A stretch of DNA of 64,000 nt from Thermoanaerobaculia bacterium (GTDB lineage Bacteria; Acidobacteriota; Thermoanaerobaculia; Gp7-AA8): assembly GCA_035255945.1 (NCBI GenBank), contig DATEZA010000319.1, positions 1,606-65,605 of the forward strand, read 5' to 3'. Of the stretch, positions 1 through 12,040 are shown piece after piece. The position numbers and the translations under genes are program-made. The stretch's first letter is position 1, and the number at the start of each line of letters is the position of its first letter. The notes beneath the pieces were generated by a model. It ran no database searches. It was not told the origin of the DNA and saw only the letters and a list, made by a program, of their open reading frames with translations.

Positions 1-204
1 CCGGTGAAGGGAGTCGGCACCGCGCATCTCGCCGAGGTGCTGGTCAAGCAGGGACGCCGCCGTCTGACGCTTCTGCGTCTCGAGCTCGAGCCACGCGAAT
101 TGCCGCACGTCGGCATCGCGATCAAGGAGAGCAAGGGGCTGTCGAACAACGGCTCGATGACCGTCGGTTCCGTGGAGGGGAATGGCACGTACACGTTGCC
201 GTGA
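1..204 (+). CDS. 3' end of an upstream gene that runs off the window edge (partial CDS, product unknown)
   Basis: An open frame runs from the window edge to a stop at 202-204 and overlaps the next gene start by 23 nt. There is no recognisable domain. Confidence 0.2.
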   Translation, partial: PVKGVGTAHLAEVLVKQGRRRLTLLRLELEPRELPHVGIAIKESKGLSNNGSMTVGSVEGNGTYTLP

Positions 205-2587
205 CCTGTTGCTTGCGCCGCTGTTGACGCTGCTGCTCGCCGGCAGCGTCGCAGCGGCGCCTGTCATTTCTCCGCGCACTCTCGATGAGGTGCGCACGGC
301 GGCCGACCGCGGCCGCTGGCGGACCGTCGAAAGCAAAGCCGCCGAAGCGCTCCGCAGCGCAGGCGGCGCGGACGACGAGATCGTGTGGGAGCTCCGCATC
401 CGCCGCGGTGAAGCGCTGGCCAGCATGGCGCGATACGACGATTCGCGCGCCATGCTCCAGCCCGAGTTGCCCGCCCGGCTCGCGCAGAGCCGCATCGCGG
501 TCCGGCGTCTGCTCGCACTCACCGCGCTCTCGCTCTACGCAAGTGACATCGAAGCCGCGAAGCGATATGCCGAACAGGCGTACGCACTCGCCGAATCGCA
601 TCAGCCATTCCTCCTGCCGAATGCGCTGCTCTATCGCTCGGCTCTCACTCGTGACTCCGATCCCTTGCTGCGCCGCGCGCTGCAACTCGCCAAGAAGAAC
701 GGCAATGAATTCGCGGAGCTCAACATCCTCCAACGCATCGCACGCGCCCGAGTTCTCAGCGGCCATCATTACGTCGAAGCGATTCACGAATACGAATCGC
801 TGCTGAAGCGCGCCCGGTCCCTCGGCTACGACGGTCTCGAGCTGAAGATCGAAGGCGAGCTCGCGTGGGCGCTTCGCGCGATCGGCGATTTCGAGCAGGC
901 GACGCCGCATCTCGAGCGCGCGATGCAGATGAGCGAACGCACCGGCGCGATCCTCGACCGCCTCACGTTCGTCATCAACCTCGGCAACAACGCATTCGAT
1001 CGAGACGATCTGGCGACCGCCGAGCATTACTACCGCATCGCGTACGAGCAGGGAAAGCCGGTGCAGCATCGGCAGCTCGGATTCGTGCTGCACAACCTCG
1101 CGTCGATCATGATCGAGTCGGGCCGCTACGACGAAGCGCGGCGGCTGGCGGCGGAGGCTGAGGCCTTCAAGAAGAAGCTGGGTGATGACGAGTCGCTGCT
1201 CCTCACGCGAATTCTGGATTCGCGTATCGCGGCCGAGACCGGCGATTACGAGACCGCTCGCAAGATCGCCGAAGACATCGCGAAGGCCACGAAAAAGGCC
1301 GCCACGCGCTGGCAGGCGCAGGTGCAGATGGGAATCGTCTACGCGGCCGCCAAGCGCAACGACGAAGCCGATCAGCAGTTCCGCAACGCGCTCACCACGC
1401 TCCGCTTGGCGCGGGCGGAGATCAAGGAAGAACCTCTGCGCCTGTCGTTCAACAACGAAGCGGGCGAGTACCTCAACGAATATCTCGACTTCCTGATCCG
1501 CCTGCATCGCGACGACGATGCGCTGCGCGTCGTCGAATCCCTCCAGGCGCAAACACTGGAAGAAGGACTCGGGATCAAATCGAGCCGCGATCCGAAGACG
1601 ATCGCCCGCGACACAGGCGCAACGATTCTCGACTACCGCCTCGGCAAAAAGCATTCGTACGTCTGGACCATCACGCCCGATTCGATCAAGGCCGCGACGC
1701 TTCCGCCGCGCAGCACGATTCACCGCACGATCGATACGTACGTTCGCGATCTGGTCGGTCCCGCGGGCGGCAGCATGTCGCGCGGCGCCGAGCTCTATCG
1801 CATGCTCGTCGAGCCATCGGGCGTGCGCACCGGCCGCGTGATCGTGATCCCGGACGGCCGCCTCAACGTCCTCAATCTCGAAACGCTCGTCGTGCCCGCT
1901 CCGAAGCCGCACTACTGGATCGAGGACGTCGTGCTGCGCAATGCGCCGTCGCTGCAGCTGCTCGCGCGCGAGCCGCAGACGGAACGCGCCGCGCAGTCGG
2001 CGCTCGTGATCGGCAACGCGCCGCAAGTCGATCCTGCGTATCCCGCGCTGCCGAATGCCGGCCACGAGATCGCCGTCGTCGCGAAGCGGTTCAGCCGCGC
2101 CGTCGTGCTCGCCGGACCGAAAGCGACGCCTGCCGCGTATCGCGCCGCATCGCCGGAAACGTTCGATGTCATTCACTTCGTCGCGCACGGCGATGCGACG
2201 ATCGAGAACCCGTTCGACTCCGCCGTGATCCTCGGCCGCGATGCGAGCGGCTACAAACTCTCGGCGAGCGACATCATCGGGCAATCGATCACGGCCCGGC
2301 TCGTCACCCTCTCCAGCTGTTATGGCGCGGGGAAGCGGACGTACGTCGGCGAAGGATTGGTCGGCCTCGCCTGGGCGTTCGTGCGCGCCGGCGCGCAGCA
2401 GGTCATCGCCGCGGTGTGGGAAGTCAACGACGCCGCCACGCCCGAGCTGATGGACGCGCTCTACGCGAGCATGAACGCCGGGCGCGATCCGGCAACCGCA
2501 CTCCGCGACGCGAAACTGAAACTGATCCGCACGAAAGGGCTGAAGCCGAAGTACTGGGCGCCATTCGTCCTCTACTCGGGCATGTGA
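182..2587 (+). CDS. TPR-repeat protein with a C-terminal CHAT (caspase-like peptidase) domain and an N-terminal signal peptide
   Basis: The 801-aa product starts with a signal-like N-terminus (MARTRCRDLLLAPLLTLLLAGSVAAAP). Its N-terminal two thirds are helical TPR-like repeats. The C-terminus carries CHAT hallmarks: HFVAHGD (His), LSSCYGAG (Cys) and a terminal KYWAPFVLYSG motif. A paralogue lies at 21693-23660. Confidence 0.75.
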   Translation: MARTRCRDLLLAPLLTLLLAGSVAAAPVISPRTLDEVRTAADRGRWRTVESKAAEALRSAGGADDEIVWELRIRRGEALASMARYDDSRAMLQPELPARLAQSRIAVRRLLALTALSLYASDIEAAKRYAEQAYALAESHQPFLLPNALLYRSALTRDSDPLLRRALQLAKKNGNEFAELNILQRIARARVLSGHHYVEAIHEYESLLKRARSLGYDGLELKIEGELAWALRAIGDFEQATPHLERAMQMSERTGAILDRLTFVINLGNNAFDRDDLATAEHYYRIAYEQGKPVQHRQLGFVLHNLASIMIESGRYDEARRLAAEAEAFKKKLGDDESLLLTRILDSRIAAETGDYETARKIAEDIAKATKKAATRWQAQVQMGIVYAAAKRNDEADQQFRNALTTLRLARAEIKEEPLRLSFNNEAGEYLNEYLDFLIRLHRDDDALRVVESLQAQTLEEGLGIKSSRDPKTIARDTGATILDYRLGKKHSYVWTITPDSIKAATLPPRSTIHRTIDTYVRDLVGPAGGSMSRGAELYRMLVEPSGVRTGRVIVIPDGRLNVLNLETLVVPAPKPHYWIEDVVLRNAPSLQLLAREPQTERAAQSALVIGNAPQVDPAYPALPNAGHEIAVVAKRFSRAVVLAGPKATPAAYRAASPETFDVIHFVAHGDATIENPFDSAVILGRDASGYKLSASDIIGQSITARLVTLSSCYGAGKRTYVGEGLVGLAWAFVRAGAQQVIAAVWEVNDAATPELMDALYASMNAGRDPATALRDAKLKLIRTKGLKPKYWAPFVLYSGM

Positions 2588-2615
2588 TCGCCTCCCGAAA
2601 CGTTCTCACTTCGAC

Positions 2616-5366
2616 ATGCCCACTCGCACCATCGCGATCCGCGGCGCACGGACTCACAACCTCAAGAACGTCAACGTCGAGATCCCGCAGCGCCAGCTGA
2701 CGGTCATCACCGGTCCGTCCGGCTCCGGAAAGTCGTCGCTTGCGTTCAACACGCTGTACGCCGAAGGTCAGCGACGCTTCGTCGAATCGATGTCGACGTA
2801 CGTGCGGCAGTTCCTGGAGCGGATCGATCGTCCCGACGTGGACGAGATCGACGGAATCCTGCCGGCGATCGCGATCGAACAGAAGAACTCGGTGAAGAAC
2901 GCGCGCTCCACCGTCGCGACCGCCACCGAGCTCGCCGATCACATCCGTCTCTTCATGACGTATTGCGGCGAGACGTGGTGCGCCGACTGCCAGACGAAAG
3001 TGCGCAAGGAATCGCCGGAGTCGATCACCCGCGAGATTGCATCGACGCTCGCGGACAAGCGCGTCGTCGTGCTCGCGCCCGTCTTCTTCGAAGCGGCGAA
3101 TCGCAGCGAAGTGCTCGTGCAGCTGATCAAAGCGGGCTACTTCCGCGCATGGATCAACGGCGCGGTTGCCGATCTGAAGGAAGTGGAGACCGACGGCTTC
3201 ACGTCGCTCGAGATCGTCATCACGCGGCTGCGCGTCGATGAAGAGAAGCGCTTGCAGATCACCGAAGCGATCGAGCAGGCGTTCGAGATCTCCAAGGGCA
3301 CCGTGAACGTGCTCGAAGAGACCGAGGAAGGCTGGCACTCGCATCGATTCACATCGCGCTTCGCGTGCAACAAGTGCGGGAACGAGTTCATCGAGCCGAC
3401 GCCGCACCTCTTCTCCTTCAACTCGCCCCTCGGCGCGTGCACGGTCTGCCAGGGCTACGGCCGGATCATCGGCATCGACATGGAGAAAGTGATTCCGAAT
3501 CGCGCGCTGCGGCTCGACGAGCAGCCGATCGCGCCGTGGAACTCGGCCGGTTACGAAGACTGCTACGAAGACCTCGAGAAGGCTTCGAAGAAGTACGGCC
3601 TGCGGCTCAATGTACCGATCAATCAGCTCACGCCCGCGGAGTGGGAGCTGCTCTACAACGGCCGCAGCAAGTGGTACGGCATCAAAGGCTTTTTCGACTG
3701 GCTGGAGACGAAGAAGTACAAGATCCACGTCCGCGTGAAGCTGGCGAAGTACCGCAGCTACGAGCCGTGTCCCGACTGCCACGGCTCGCGATTGAAGAGC
3801 GCGGCGAACAACGTGAAGTTCCGCGACCTCTCGATTGCGCAGCTCTTCGCGATGGATGTGAAAACGGCGCGGCGATTCTGGGAGTACCTCCCGCTCGACC
3901 GCCACGAGGAAGCGATCGCCGGACATCTCCGCCGCGAGATCGTCAACAGGTTGACCTATCTCGACGAAGTCGGATTGTCGTACCTCACGCTCGATCGCCA
4001 GACGCGCACGCTGTCCGGCGGCGAGGCGCAGCGCATCAACCTCGCGGCGGCACTCGGATCGTCGCTGACCGAGACGATGTACGTGATCGACGAGCCGACG
4101 GTCGGCCTGCACGCGCGCGACAGCGAACGGCTGCTCGCGGTGCTCAAGCGCCTGCGCAATGCGGGGAACACGGTGATCGTGGTGGAGCACGATCCAACGA
4201 TCATCGCCGGCGCGGATCACAACATTGAGATCGGGCCGGGGGCGGGGGAGTACGGCGGAGAGATTCAATATGTGGGGAAGCCGCGCGCTGTGGACAACGG
4301 GTCCTTCGCCGTCGTTGCGGCTCAGGATGACACCTCGTCGGGACACATCAAGATCCGTAACGCGCGCGAGCACAACCTCAAAGGCGTCGACGTCACGATC
4401 CCTCTCGGCAAACTCGTCGCGCTCACCGGCGTCTCGGGCTCGGGTAAATCGACACTCATCCGCAACTGCCTGTTCAATCGCTACCAGCGCGACGTCCGGG
4501 GCACGAACGGTCTCGATGTCGGTAAGAGCGAGCTCGAAGGGACGGAGCTGATCTACGACATGGAGTTCGTCGATCAGTCGCCGATCGGCCGCTCCTCGCG
4601 CTCCAATCCCGCGACCTACATCAAGGTCTGGGACGACGTCCGCAAACTCATGTCCGAGACCACCGGCGCGAAGCTCAACGGCGTCACCGCCGGCATGTTC
4701 TCGTTCAACACGGAAGGCGGACGCTGCGAAACGTGCGAAGGCGCCGGCACGGTGAAGATCGACATGCAGTTCCTCGCAGACGTCGAAGTGATCTGCGAGA
4801 AGTGCAACGGCCGCCGCTTCGGCGAGCAGGTGATGAAGGTCCGGTACAAAGGTAAAGATGTTGACCAGATCCTGAATCTCACCGTCGACGAAGCGACGAA
4901 GTTCTTCATCGACAAGCGCGGTGTCCTCAAGAAGCTCGCCTCGCTCCGCTCCGTCGGCCTCGGTTACCTCCGCCTCGGACAATCAACCGACTCGCTCTCC
5001 GGCGGCGAAGCGCAGCGGCTCAAGCTCGCGTCGTTCCTCGCGGAATCCGCAGCGAAAGCGAACGAGAACGGCGGACGCCTTTTCCTCTTCGACGAACCGA
5101 CGACCGGCCTCGCGGCAACCGATGTCGCGCAGCTCATCACCACCTTCCGCGATCTCCTCGACCGCGGCAACTCCGTGCTGGTGATCGAGCACAACCTGCA
5201 GCTGATCGAAGCCGCGGATTACGTGATCGATCTCGGTCCGGAGGGAGGCGACGGAGGCGGCGAGGTGGTCGCAGTCGGGACGCCGGAGGAGATCGCGGCG
5301 AATCCGCGATCGATCACCGGACGGTATCTCGCGGCGTCAGCGACGATTCGCAGCGTGTCATCCTGA
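2616..5366 (+). CDS. uvrA: Excinuclease ABC subunit A (UvrA)
   Basis: The 916-aa product has the N-terminus [33 protein letters not shown]. It carries two ABC ATPase modules (LSGGEAQR twice) and zinc-finger cysteine clusters. Confidence 0.95.
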   Translation: MPTRTIAIRGARTHNLKNVNVEIPQRQLTVITGPSGSGKSSLAFNTLYAEGQRRFVESMSTYVRQFLERIDRPDVDEIDGILPAIAIEQKNSVKNARSTVATATELADHIRLFMTYCGETWCADCQTKVRKESPESITREIASTLADKRVVVLAPVFFEAANRSEVLVQLIKAGYFRAWINGAVADLKEVETDGFTSLEIVITRLRVDEEKRLQITEAIEQAFEISKGTVNVLEETEEGWHSHRFTSRFACNKCGNEFIEPTPHLFSFNSPLGACTVCQGYGRIIGIDMEKVIPNRALRLDEQPIAPWNSAGYEDCYEDLEKASKKYGLRLNVPINQLTPAEWELLYNGRSKWYGIKGFFDWLETKKYKIHVRVKLAKYRSYEPCPDCHGSRLKSAANNVKFRDLSIAQLFAMDVKTARRFWEYLPLDRHEEAIAGHLRREIVNRLTYLDEVGLSYLTLDRQTRTLSGGEAQRINLAAALGSSLTETMYVIDEPTVGLHARDSERLLAVLKRLRNAGNTVIVVEHDPTIIAGADHNIEIGPGAGEYGGEIQYVGKPRAVDNGSFAVVAAQDDTSSGHIKIRNAREHNLKGVDVTIPLGKLVALTGVSGSGKSTLIRNCLFNRYQRDVRGTNGLDVGKSELEGTELIYDMEFVDQSPIGRSSRSNPATYIKVWDDVRKLMSETTGAKLNGVTAGMFSFNTEGGRCETCEGAGTVKIDMQFLADVEVICEKCNGRRFGEQVMKVRYKGKDVDQILNLTVDEATKFFIDKRGVLKKLASLRSVGLGYLRLGQSTDSLSGGEAQRLKLASFLAESAAKANENGGRLFLFDEPTTGLAATDVAQLITTFRDLLDRGNSVLVIEHNLQLIEAADYVIDLGPEGGDGGGEVVAVGTPEEIAANPRSITGRYLAASATIRSVSS
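4280..4330 (+). repeat. In-frame copy of one arm of the GTCATCCTGAGC-type inverted-repeat element, inside the uvrA coding sequence
   Basis: About 52 nt (ccgcgcgctgtggacaacgggtccttcgccgtcgttgcggctcaggatgacac) match the right arm of the element at 5395-5452 with only a few mismatches. The segment encodes [11 protein letters not shown] in the UvrA inter-module linker. Confidence 0.6.
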
Positions 5367-5452
5367 GGTGCGAAGACACCGAAGGACCCGTGACTTCACA
5401 CGCTGCGCGCTCACGTTACGGGTCCTTCGCCGTCTTCGCGGCTCAGGATGAC
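5357..5452. repeat. Family-A dispersed inverted-repeat element (termini GTCATCCTGAGC ... GCTCAGGATGAC), about 96 bp
   Basis: Arms of about 38 bp (gtcatcctgaggtgcgaagacaccgaaggacccgtgac / gttacgggtccttcgccgtcttcgcggctcaggatgac) flank a short centre. The left arm supplies the uvrA stop codon (gtg tca tcc tga = VSS*). Confidence 0.8.
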
Positions 5453-5463
5453 AAAATCACGAC

Positions 5464-5940
5464 GTGAACATCCTCGCCATCACCGGCAGTCTCCGCTCCG
5501 CATCAAAGAACACGCAACTCCTCCGCGCACTCGCCGCACTCGATCCATCGATCACGCTCTACGAAAAAATCGGCGAGCTTCCGCACTTCAACTCCGATGT
5601 CGACGACGCCGGCGCACCGCAGCCGGTGCTCGATTACCGCGAGCAACTTCGCGCAGCCGGCCTCGTCGTCATCTCGTCGCCCGAATACGCGCACGGCGTT
5701 CCGGGCGTGATGAAGAACGCGCTCGACTGGGTGGTCGGCAGCGGCGAGCTGATCGACAAGCCGATCGTGCTGATCAACACGTCGGCCGCATCGAAATTCG
5801 TGATCCCGCAGCTCGCGGAGACGCTGACGGTCATGTCTGCAAAAGTGGTCAAAACGTGCACGATATGGCCGCTCGTGGAGACAGAGTTGCGGGCCCTCAT
5901 CGAGCAGATTCACGCCGAAATGACCGCTCGTTCCGTGTAA
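5464..5940 (+). CDS. NAD(P)H-dependent FMN reductase family protein
   Basis: The 158-aa product begins (GTG)NILAITGSLRSASKNTQLLRALA and contains SSPEYAHGVPGVMKNALDW, a pattern typical of the NADPH-dependent FMN reductase / flavodoxin-like fold. Confidence 0.7.
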   Translation: MNILAITGSLRSASKNTQLLRALAALDPSITLYEKIGELPHFNSDVDDAGAPQPVLDYREQLRAAGLVVISSPEYAHGVPGVMKNALDWVVGSGELIDKPIVLINTSAASKFVIPQLAETLTVMSAKVVKTCTIWPLVETELRALIEQIHAEMTARSV

Positions 5941-6025
5941 CGACCGCTCGTTCTCGGCGGCGCGGAAAGTGCACACTTCCGGGTGCTAAAATGGCCCGCC
6001 CACCAGGAAGTTTCAGGAGAACTGC

Positions 6026-8425
<2,400 letters not shown>

Positions 8426-8432
8426 TGACGAC

Positions 8433-8461
8433 GGCCCGCTTCGGCGGGCCGTTTCGTTTTT
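8433..8461 (+). terminator. Rho-independent terminator downstream of the OPT transporter gene
   Basis: A GGCCCGC-TTCG-GCGGGCC stem-loop is followed by GTTTCGTTTTT, starting 8 nt after the stop codon. Confidence 0.7.
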
Positions 8462-8491
8462 GGGCGTATCCTTTAGAGACTTCGTCCACTT

Positions 8492-11400
8492 ATGGAGTTC
8501 TTTGTCTGGCTGCTCGCAACGGTGCTCGGTGTCATCGCGCTCGTTTCCGCGAAAGACGCGAAAAGACGCGCGACCAGCGCCGAGGATGAAACGCAGCATC
8601 TGCGCATCGCGCTGGAGAACCTCGGGAAGCGTGTAGCGGAGCTGCGGAAGATGGTGCAGGAGCCACGCGCCGAGCCGGTAGCTCCCGCGCCTGCGCCGCC
8701 GCCGCCACCTGAACCGGAACCCGTGCCCGAATCGGTGCCCGTGCCCATTCCGGAGCCTGTTTTCGTTGCGCCGGAGCCGGAACCTGTTCCAGTTCCGGAG
8801 CCGGTGGTCATCGAACCTCCACCTCCTCCGCCGCCCCCACCACCCATCACACCCCCCAAACCCGCCGCACCGGCGTTCGATTGGGAGAGCTTCATCGGCG
8901 TCAAACTCTTCGCGGCGATCGCCGGCATCGCGCTGGTGCTCGCGGCGATCTTCTTCCTCAAATACTCCGTCGAGCACGGCTGGCTGCGTCCGCCGGTGCG
9001 GGCGGCGATCGGACTGCTCACCGGCGCGGTGCTGATCTGGATCTGCGAGCTGCGCATCGCACGCGACTACAAAGCGACGGCGAACTCGATGCATGGCGCC
9101 GGCATCGCCATCCTCTACGCCACGCTCTTCGCGATGTACGCGCGGTGGCATCTCATCGTCGCGCTCTTCGCGTTCGGGATGATGATCCTGGTGACCGCGG
9201 TCGCGGTCTGGCTCTCGATCCGCCGCGAGTCCGTCTTCATCGCACTCCTCGGACTCCTCGGCGGCTTCGCCACGCCATGGCTCCTCTCGACCAACGAGAA
9301 CAAGCCGATCGGACTCTTCTCGTACCTGCTGCTGCTCAACGTCGGACTCGCGGTCGTCGCGTGGCGCCGCCGCTGGACGTCGCTCAGCATCGTCAGCCTG
9401 ATCTTCACCGCGATTTATCAGTGGGGCTGGATCAGCAAGTTCCTCACCGCTTCGCAGCTCCCGCTCGCAGCCGGAATCTTCATCGTTTTCGCGATGGCCG
9501 GCGCGGCGTCGCTCTGGGTTCGCCGCCGTGACGACGGCCAGCAGCGCACGTTCGACACCGCCGCGATCGCCGCTGCGATCCTGCCGCTGCTCTTCGCAAT
9601 CTTCACTGCCGCCGTTCCCGCGTACGGCTCGCATTACAACGTGCTGTTCGGATTCCTGCTGATCGTCGTCGCGGGACTTGCCGCGATCGCGATCATGCGC
9701 GGTCCCGCGTGGCTGCATCTCGTCGGCGGACTCACGACGCTGCTGGTGTTCGCGATCTGGCGTGGCACGTCGTTCACGCCGCTCGCATGGCCGGCGATCC
9801 TCGCCTGGATCGTCGCGTTCTTCGCGCTCTACCTCGGCACCGGCACGCGCTTCCGCACCACCGCCGTCTACACCGCGCCAGCGCTGCTCTTCATGTTCCC
9901 GACCCTCGTCGCGGCGAACGACTTCACCTCATCGCCCGGCCTCATCTTCACCGTCCTCTTCGTGTTGCTCGCCGCCGCCGCGATCTACGCGATCCGCTAC
10001 GAAAACGGCATCGTCTACTTCCTCGCCGCGTTCTGCGCGATCGCGACGGAAGGCATCTGGTCCTCCCGCTTCCTCACGCACGAGCGGCTGCTGCAGGCGC
10101 TCGCGATCTACGCAATCTTCGCGATCTTCTTCCTCGGCGTGCCGATCCTCGCGCGGCGCTTCAACAAGCAGCTGAAGCCCGCCGGCGCACTCACCGCGCT
10201 CGTGCTCCTCAGCATCGGCATGCTGTTCTTCCTAGACGGCGGCCGCATCGCCGACGCGTCGCTGTGGGGACTCGCTCTCCTGCTCGCGATCCTCAACGCC
10301 GGCGCGATGCTCGAAGCGCGGCTCATCCGCACGCCGCTGATGTCGATCATGGCCGCGGTGTTGTCGTGGGTCGTGATCGGCGTCTGGTGGGGCGCCGCGA
10401 CGATCGAAATTTCGCTCATGCCTGCGCTGATGGTGGTCGGCGTATTCGGCGTGCTGATCGTGGCCGGCAACGTGCTCGCCAGCCGTCACTCCGGCGACGC
10501 GTCGAGCTTCGAAGGAAGTACGTACCTCGGTCTCGCCGGACATCTGTTCCTGCTCTTCGTCGCATCGCAGAAATCGCTCGCTTTCCCGCCGTGGACAGTG
10601 TTCGCGATTCTCGGGCTACTCGATCTCGCGATCGGCGTCGCCGCGATTTACCTCAAGCGCGAAAAGCTGATGACCGCCGCCATCGCCGCATCACAACTCG
10701 TGCTGCTCGTGTGGGCGACGCAATCGACCGTGCTGCCGTGGCCGAACGTCGCGCTGGGGATGATCGTCGCGATCGTGTTGTTCGCGATGATCTGGTTCTT
10801 CGTCGATCGGCGGTTCGGCGTTGCGGTGATCGCCGGTGTGTTCATCGGACAATTCGCGTGCGTCGTCGCGGGCCTCGACGCGCACCTTTACGCGACTCTG
10901 CTGATCGCACACGCGCTGCTGATCGTGGCGCTGATGGTGGTCGCGTGGATCACCGGGCAGCACAAGGTTCTGCCGGTCGCGGCGATCGTCGGCGCGGTCG
11001 CCACCGCCGCCGCAAACCTCCCGGCCTGGCAGCAACAACTCACGTTCGCCGCCGTGATCTACGCGCTCTTCCTCGCGTATCCGCTGCTCCTCGGCAGGCG
11101 CGCGAAGCAGTCGCTCGCGCCGTATCTCGCCGCCGTTTTCGCCAGCGCGATGTTCTTCGGCTTCGCCTATCACGCGCTCCGCGTCGGCGGTTACGAACCG
11201 TACATCGGCGCGCTGCCCGTCGTGCAGGCGATCCTGATGCTCGTCCTTCTGTGGCGGTTGCTGGTGTGGGACCGCCCAGCCCGCGGTCTCGCCGGCGAGT
11301 CGCCGGCGCCACGCATGCTCTCGCGGCTCGCACTCGTCGCCGCGACGGTCCTCGGCTTCATCACGCTCGCCATTCCGCTGCAGCTCGACAAGGAGTGGAT

Positions 11401-12040
11401 CACGATCGCCTGGGCGCTCGAAGGCGCGGCGCTGATCTGGCTCTTCCACCGCATCCCGCATCGCGGTCTGCTGATGTGGGGCGGCGGATTGCTCGCCGTC
11501 GTCTTCACGCGACTCGTGCTCAACCCTTCGGTGCTCGAGTATCACGCGCGCTCCGCAACGCGCGTTCTCAACTGGTACCTGTACACATACGCCGTCTGCG
11601 CGATTTCGATGTACGTCGCCGGCTATCTCTTTCCGCGCACGACGAAATGGATCGTCGCCGCGCTCAACGTCGCAGGCACCGTGCTGCTCTTCCTGCTCGT
11701 CAACATCGAGATCGCCGACTACTACTCGGCCGGCTCATCGCTCACCTTCAATTTCTGGTCGGCACCGCTCGCGCAGGTGCTGTCGTACACGATCTGGTGG
11801 GCGATCTTCGCGATCGCGATGCTCATCACCGGCATCGTGCTGCATCAGCGCGCGGTGCGTGTCGCGGCGATCGTGCTGCTCTCCGTCACGATCATGAAGT
11901 GCTTCCTCCTCGACCTCTCGCACCTCGGCGGCCTCTATCGCGTCGGCTCGCTGCTCGGCCTCGCCGCATCGCTCGTGCTCGTCGGATTGCTGTTGCAGAA
12001 GTTCGTCCTTCGCAAGGCGGCGGAGACGAGCGCGGCATGA
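8492..12040 (+). CDS. DUF2339-like giant membrane protein with an N-terminal TM helix, coiled coil and proline-rich spacer followed by about 30 TM helices
   Basis: The 1182-aa product has a proline-rich stretch PAPAPPPPPEPEPVPESVPVPIPEP...PPPPPPPPPP, then many hydrophobic helices. The architecture is typical of DUF2339 proteins. Its stop overlaps the next gene start (ATGA). Confidence 0.65.
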   Translation: MEFFVWLLATVLGVIALVSAKDAKRRATSAEDETQHLRIALENLGKRVAELRKMVQEPRAEPVAPAPAPPPPPEPEPVPESVPVPIPEPVFVAPEPEPVPVPEPVVIEPPPPPPPPPPITPPKPAAPAFDWESFIGVKLFAAIAGIALVLAAIFFLKYSVEHGWLRPPVRAAIGLLTGAVLIWICELRIARDYKATANSMHGAGIAILYATLFAMYARWHLIVALFAFGMMILVTAVAVWLSIRRESVFIALLGLLGGFATPWLLSTNENKPIGLFSYLLLLNVGLAVVAWRRRWTSLSIVSLIFTAIYQWGWISKFLTASQLPLAAGIFIVFAMAGAASLWVRRRDDGQQRTFDTAAIAAAILPLLFAIFTAAVPAYGSHYNVLFGFLLIVVAGLAAIAIMRGPAWLHLVGGLTTLLVFAIWRGTSFTPLAWPAILAWIVAFFALYLGTGTRFRTTAVYTAPALLFMFPTLVAANDFTSSPGLIFTVLFVLLAAAAIYAIRYENGIVYFLAAFCAIATEGIWSSRFLTHERLLQALAIYAIFAIFFLGVPILARRFNKQLKPAGALTALVLLSIGMLFFLDGGRIADASLWGLALLLAILNAGAMLEARLIRTPLMSIMAAVLSWVVIGVWWGAATIEISLMPALMVVGVFGVLIVAGNVLASRHSGDASSFEGSTYLGLAGHLFLLFVASQKSLAFPPWTVFAILGLLDLAIGVAAIYLKREKLMTAAIAASQLVLLVWATQSTVLPWPNVALGMIVAIVLFAMIWFFVDRRFGVAVIAGVFIGQFACVVAGLDAHLYATLLIAHALLIVALMVVAWITGQHKVLPVAAIVGAVATAAANLPAWQQQLTFAAVIYALFLAYPLLLGRRAKQSLAPYLAAVFASAMFFGFAYHALRVGGYEPYIGALPVVQAILMLVLLWRLLVWDRPARGLAGESPAPRMLSRLALVAATVLGFITLAIPLQLDKEWITIAWALEGAALIWLFHRIPHRGLLMWGGGLLAVVFTRLVLNPSVLEYHARSATRVLNWYLYTYAVCAISMYVAGYLFPRTTKWIVAALNVAGTVLLFLLVNIEIADYYSAGSSLTFNFWSAPLAQVLSYTIWWAIFAIAMLITGIVLHQRAVRVAAIVLLSVTIMKCFLLDLSHLGGLYRVGSLLGLAASLVLVGLLLQKFVLRKAAETSAA

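Noticed and set aside
122-2284. 720-aa ORF on the minus strand
   Set aside because: It lies antisense to the well-supported TPR-CHAT gene. It is Arg/Ala-rich and low-complexity, as is typical of spurious ORFs in high-GC DNA.
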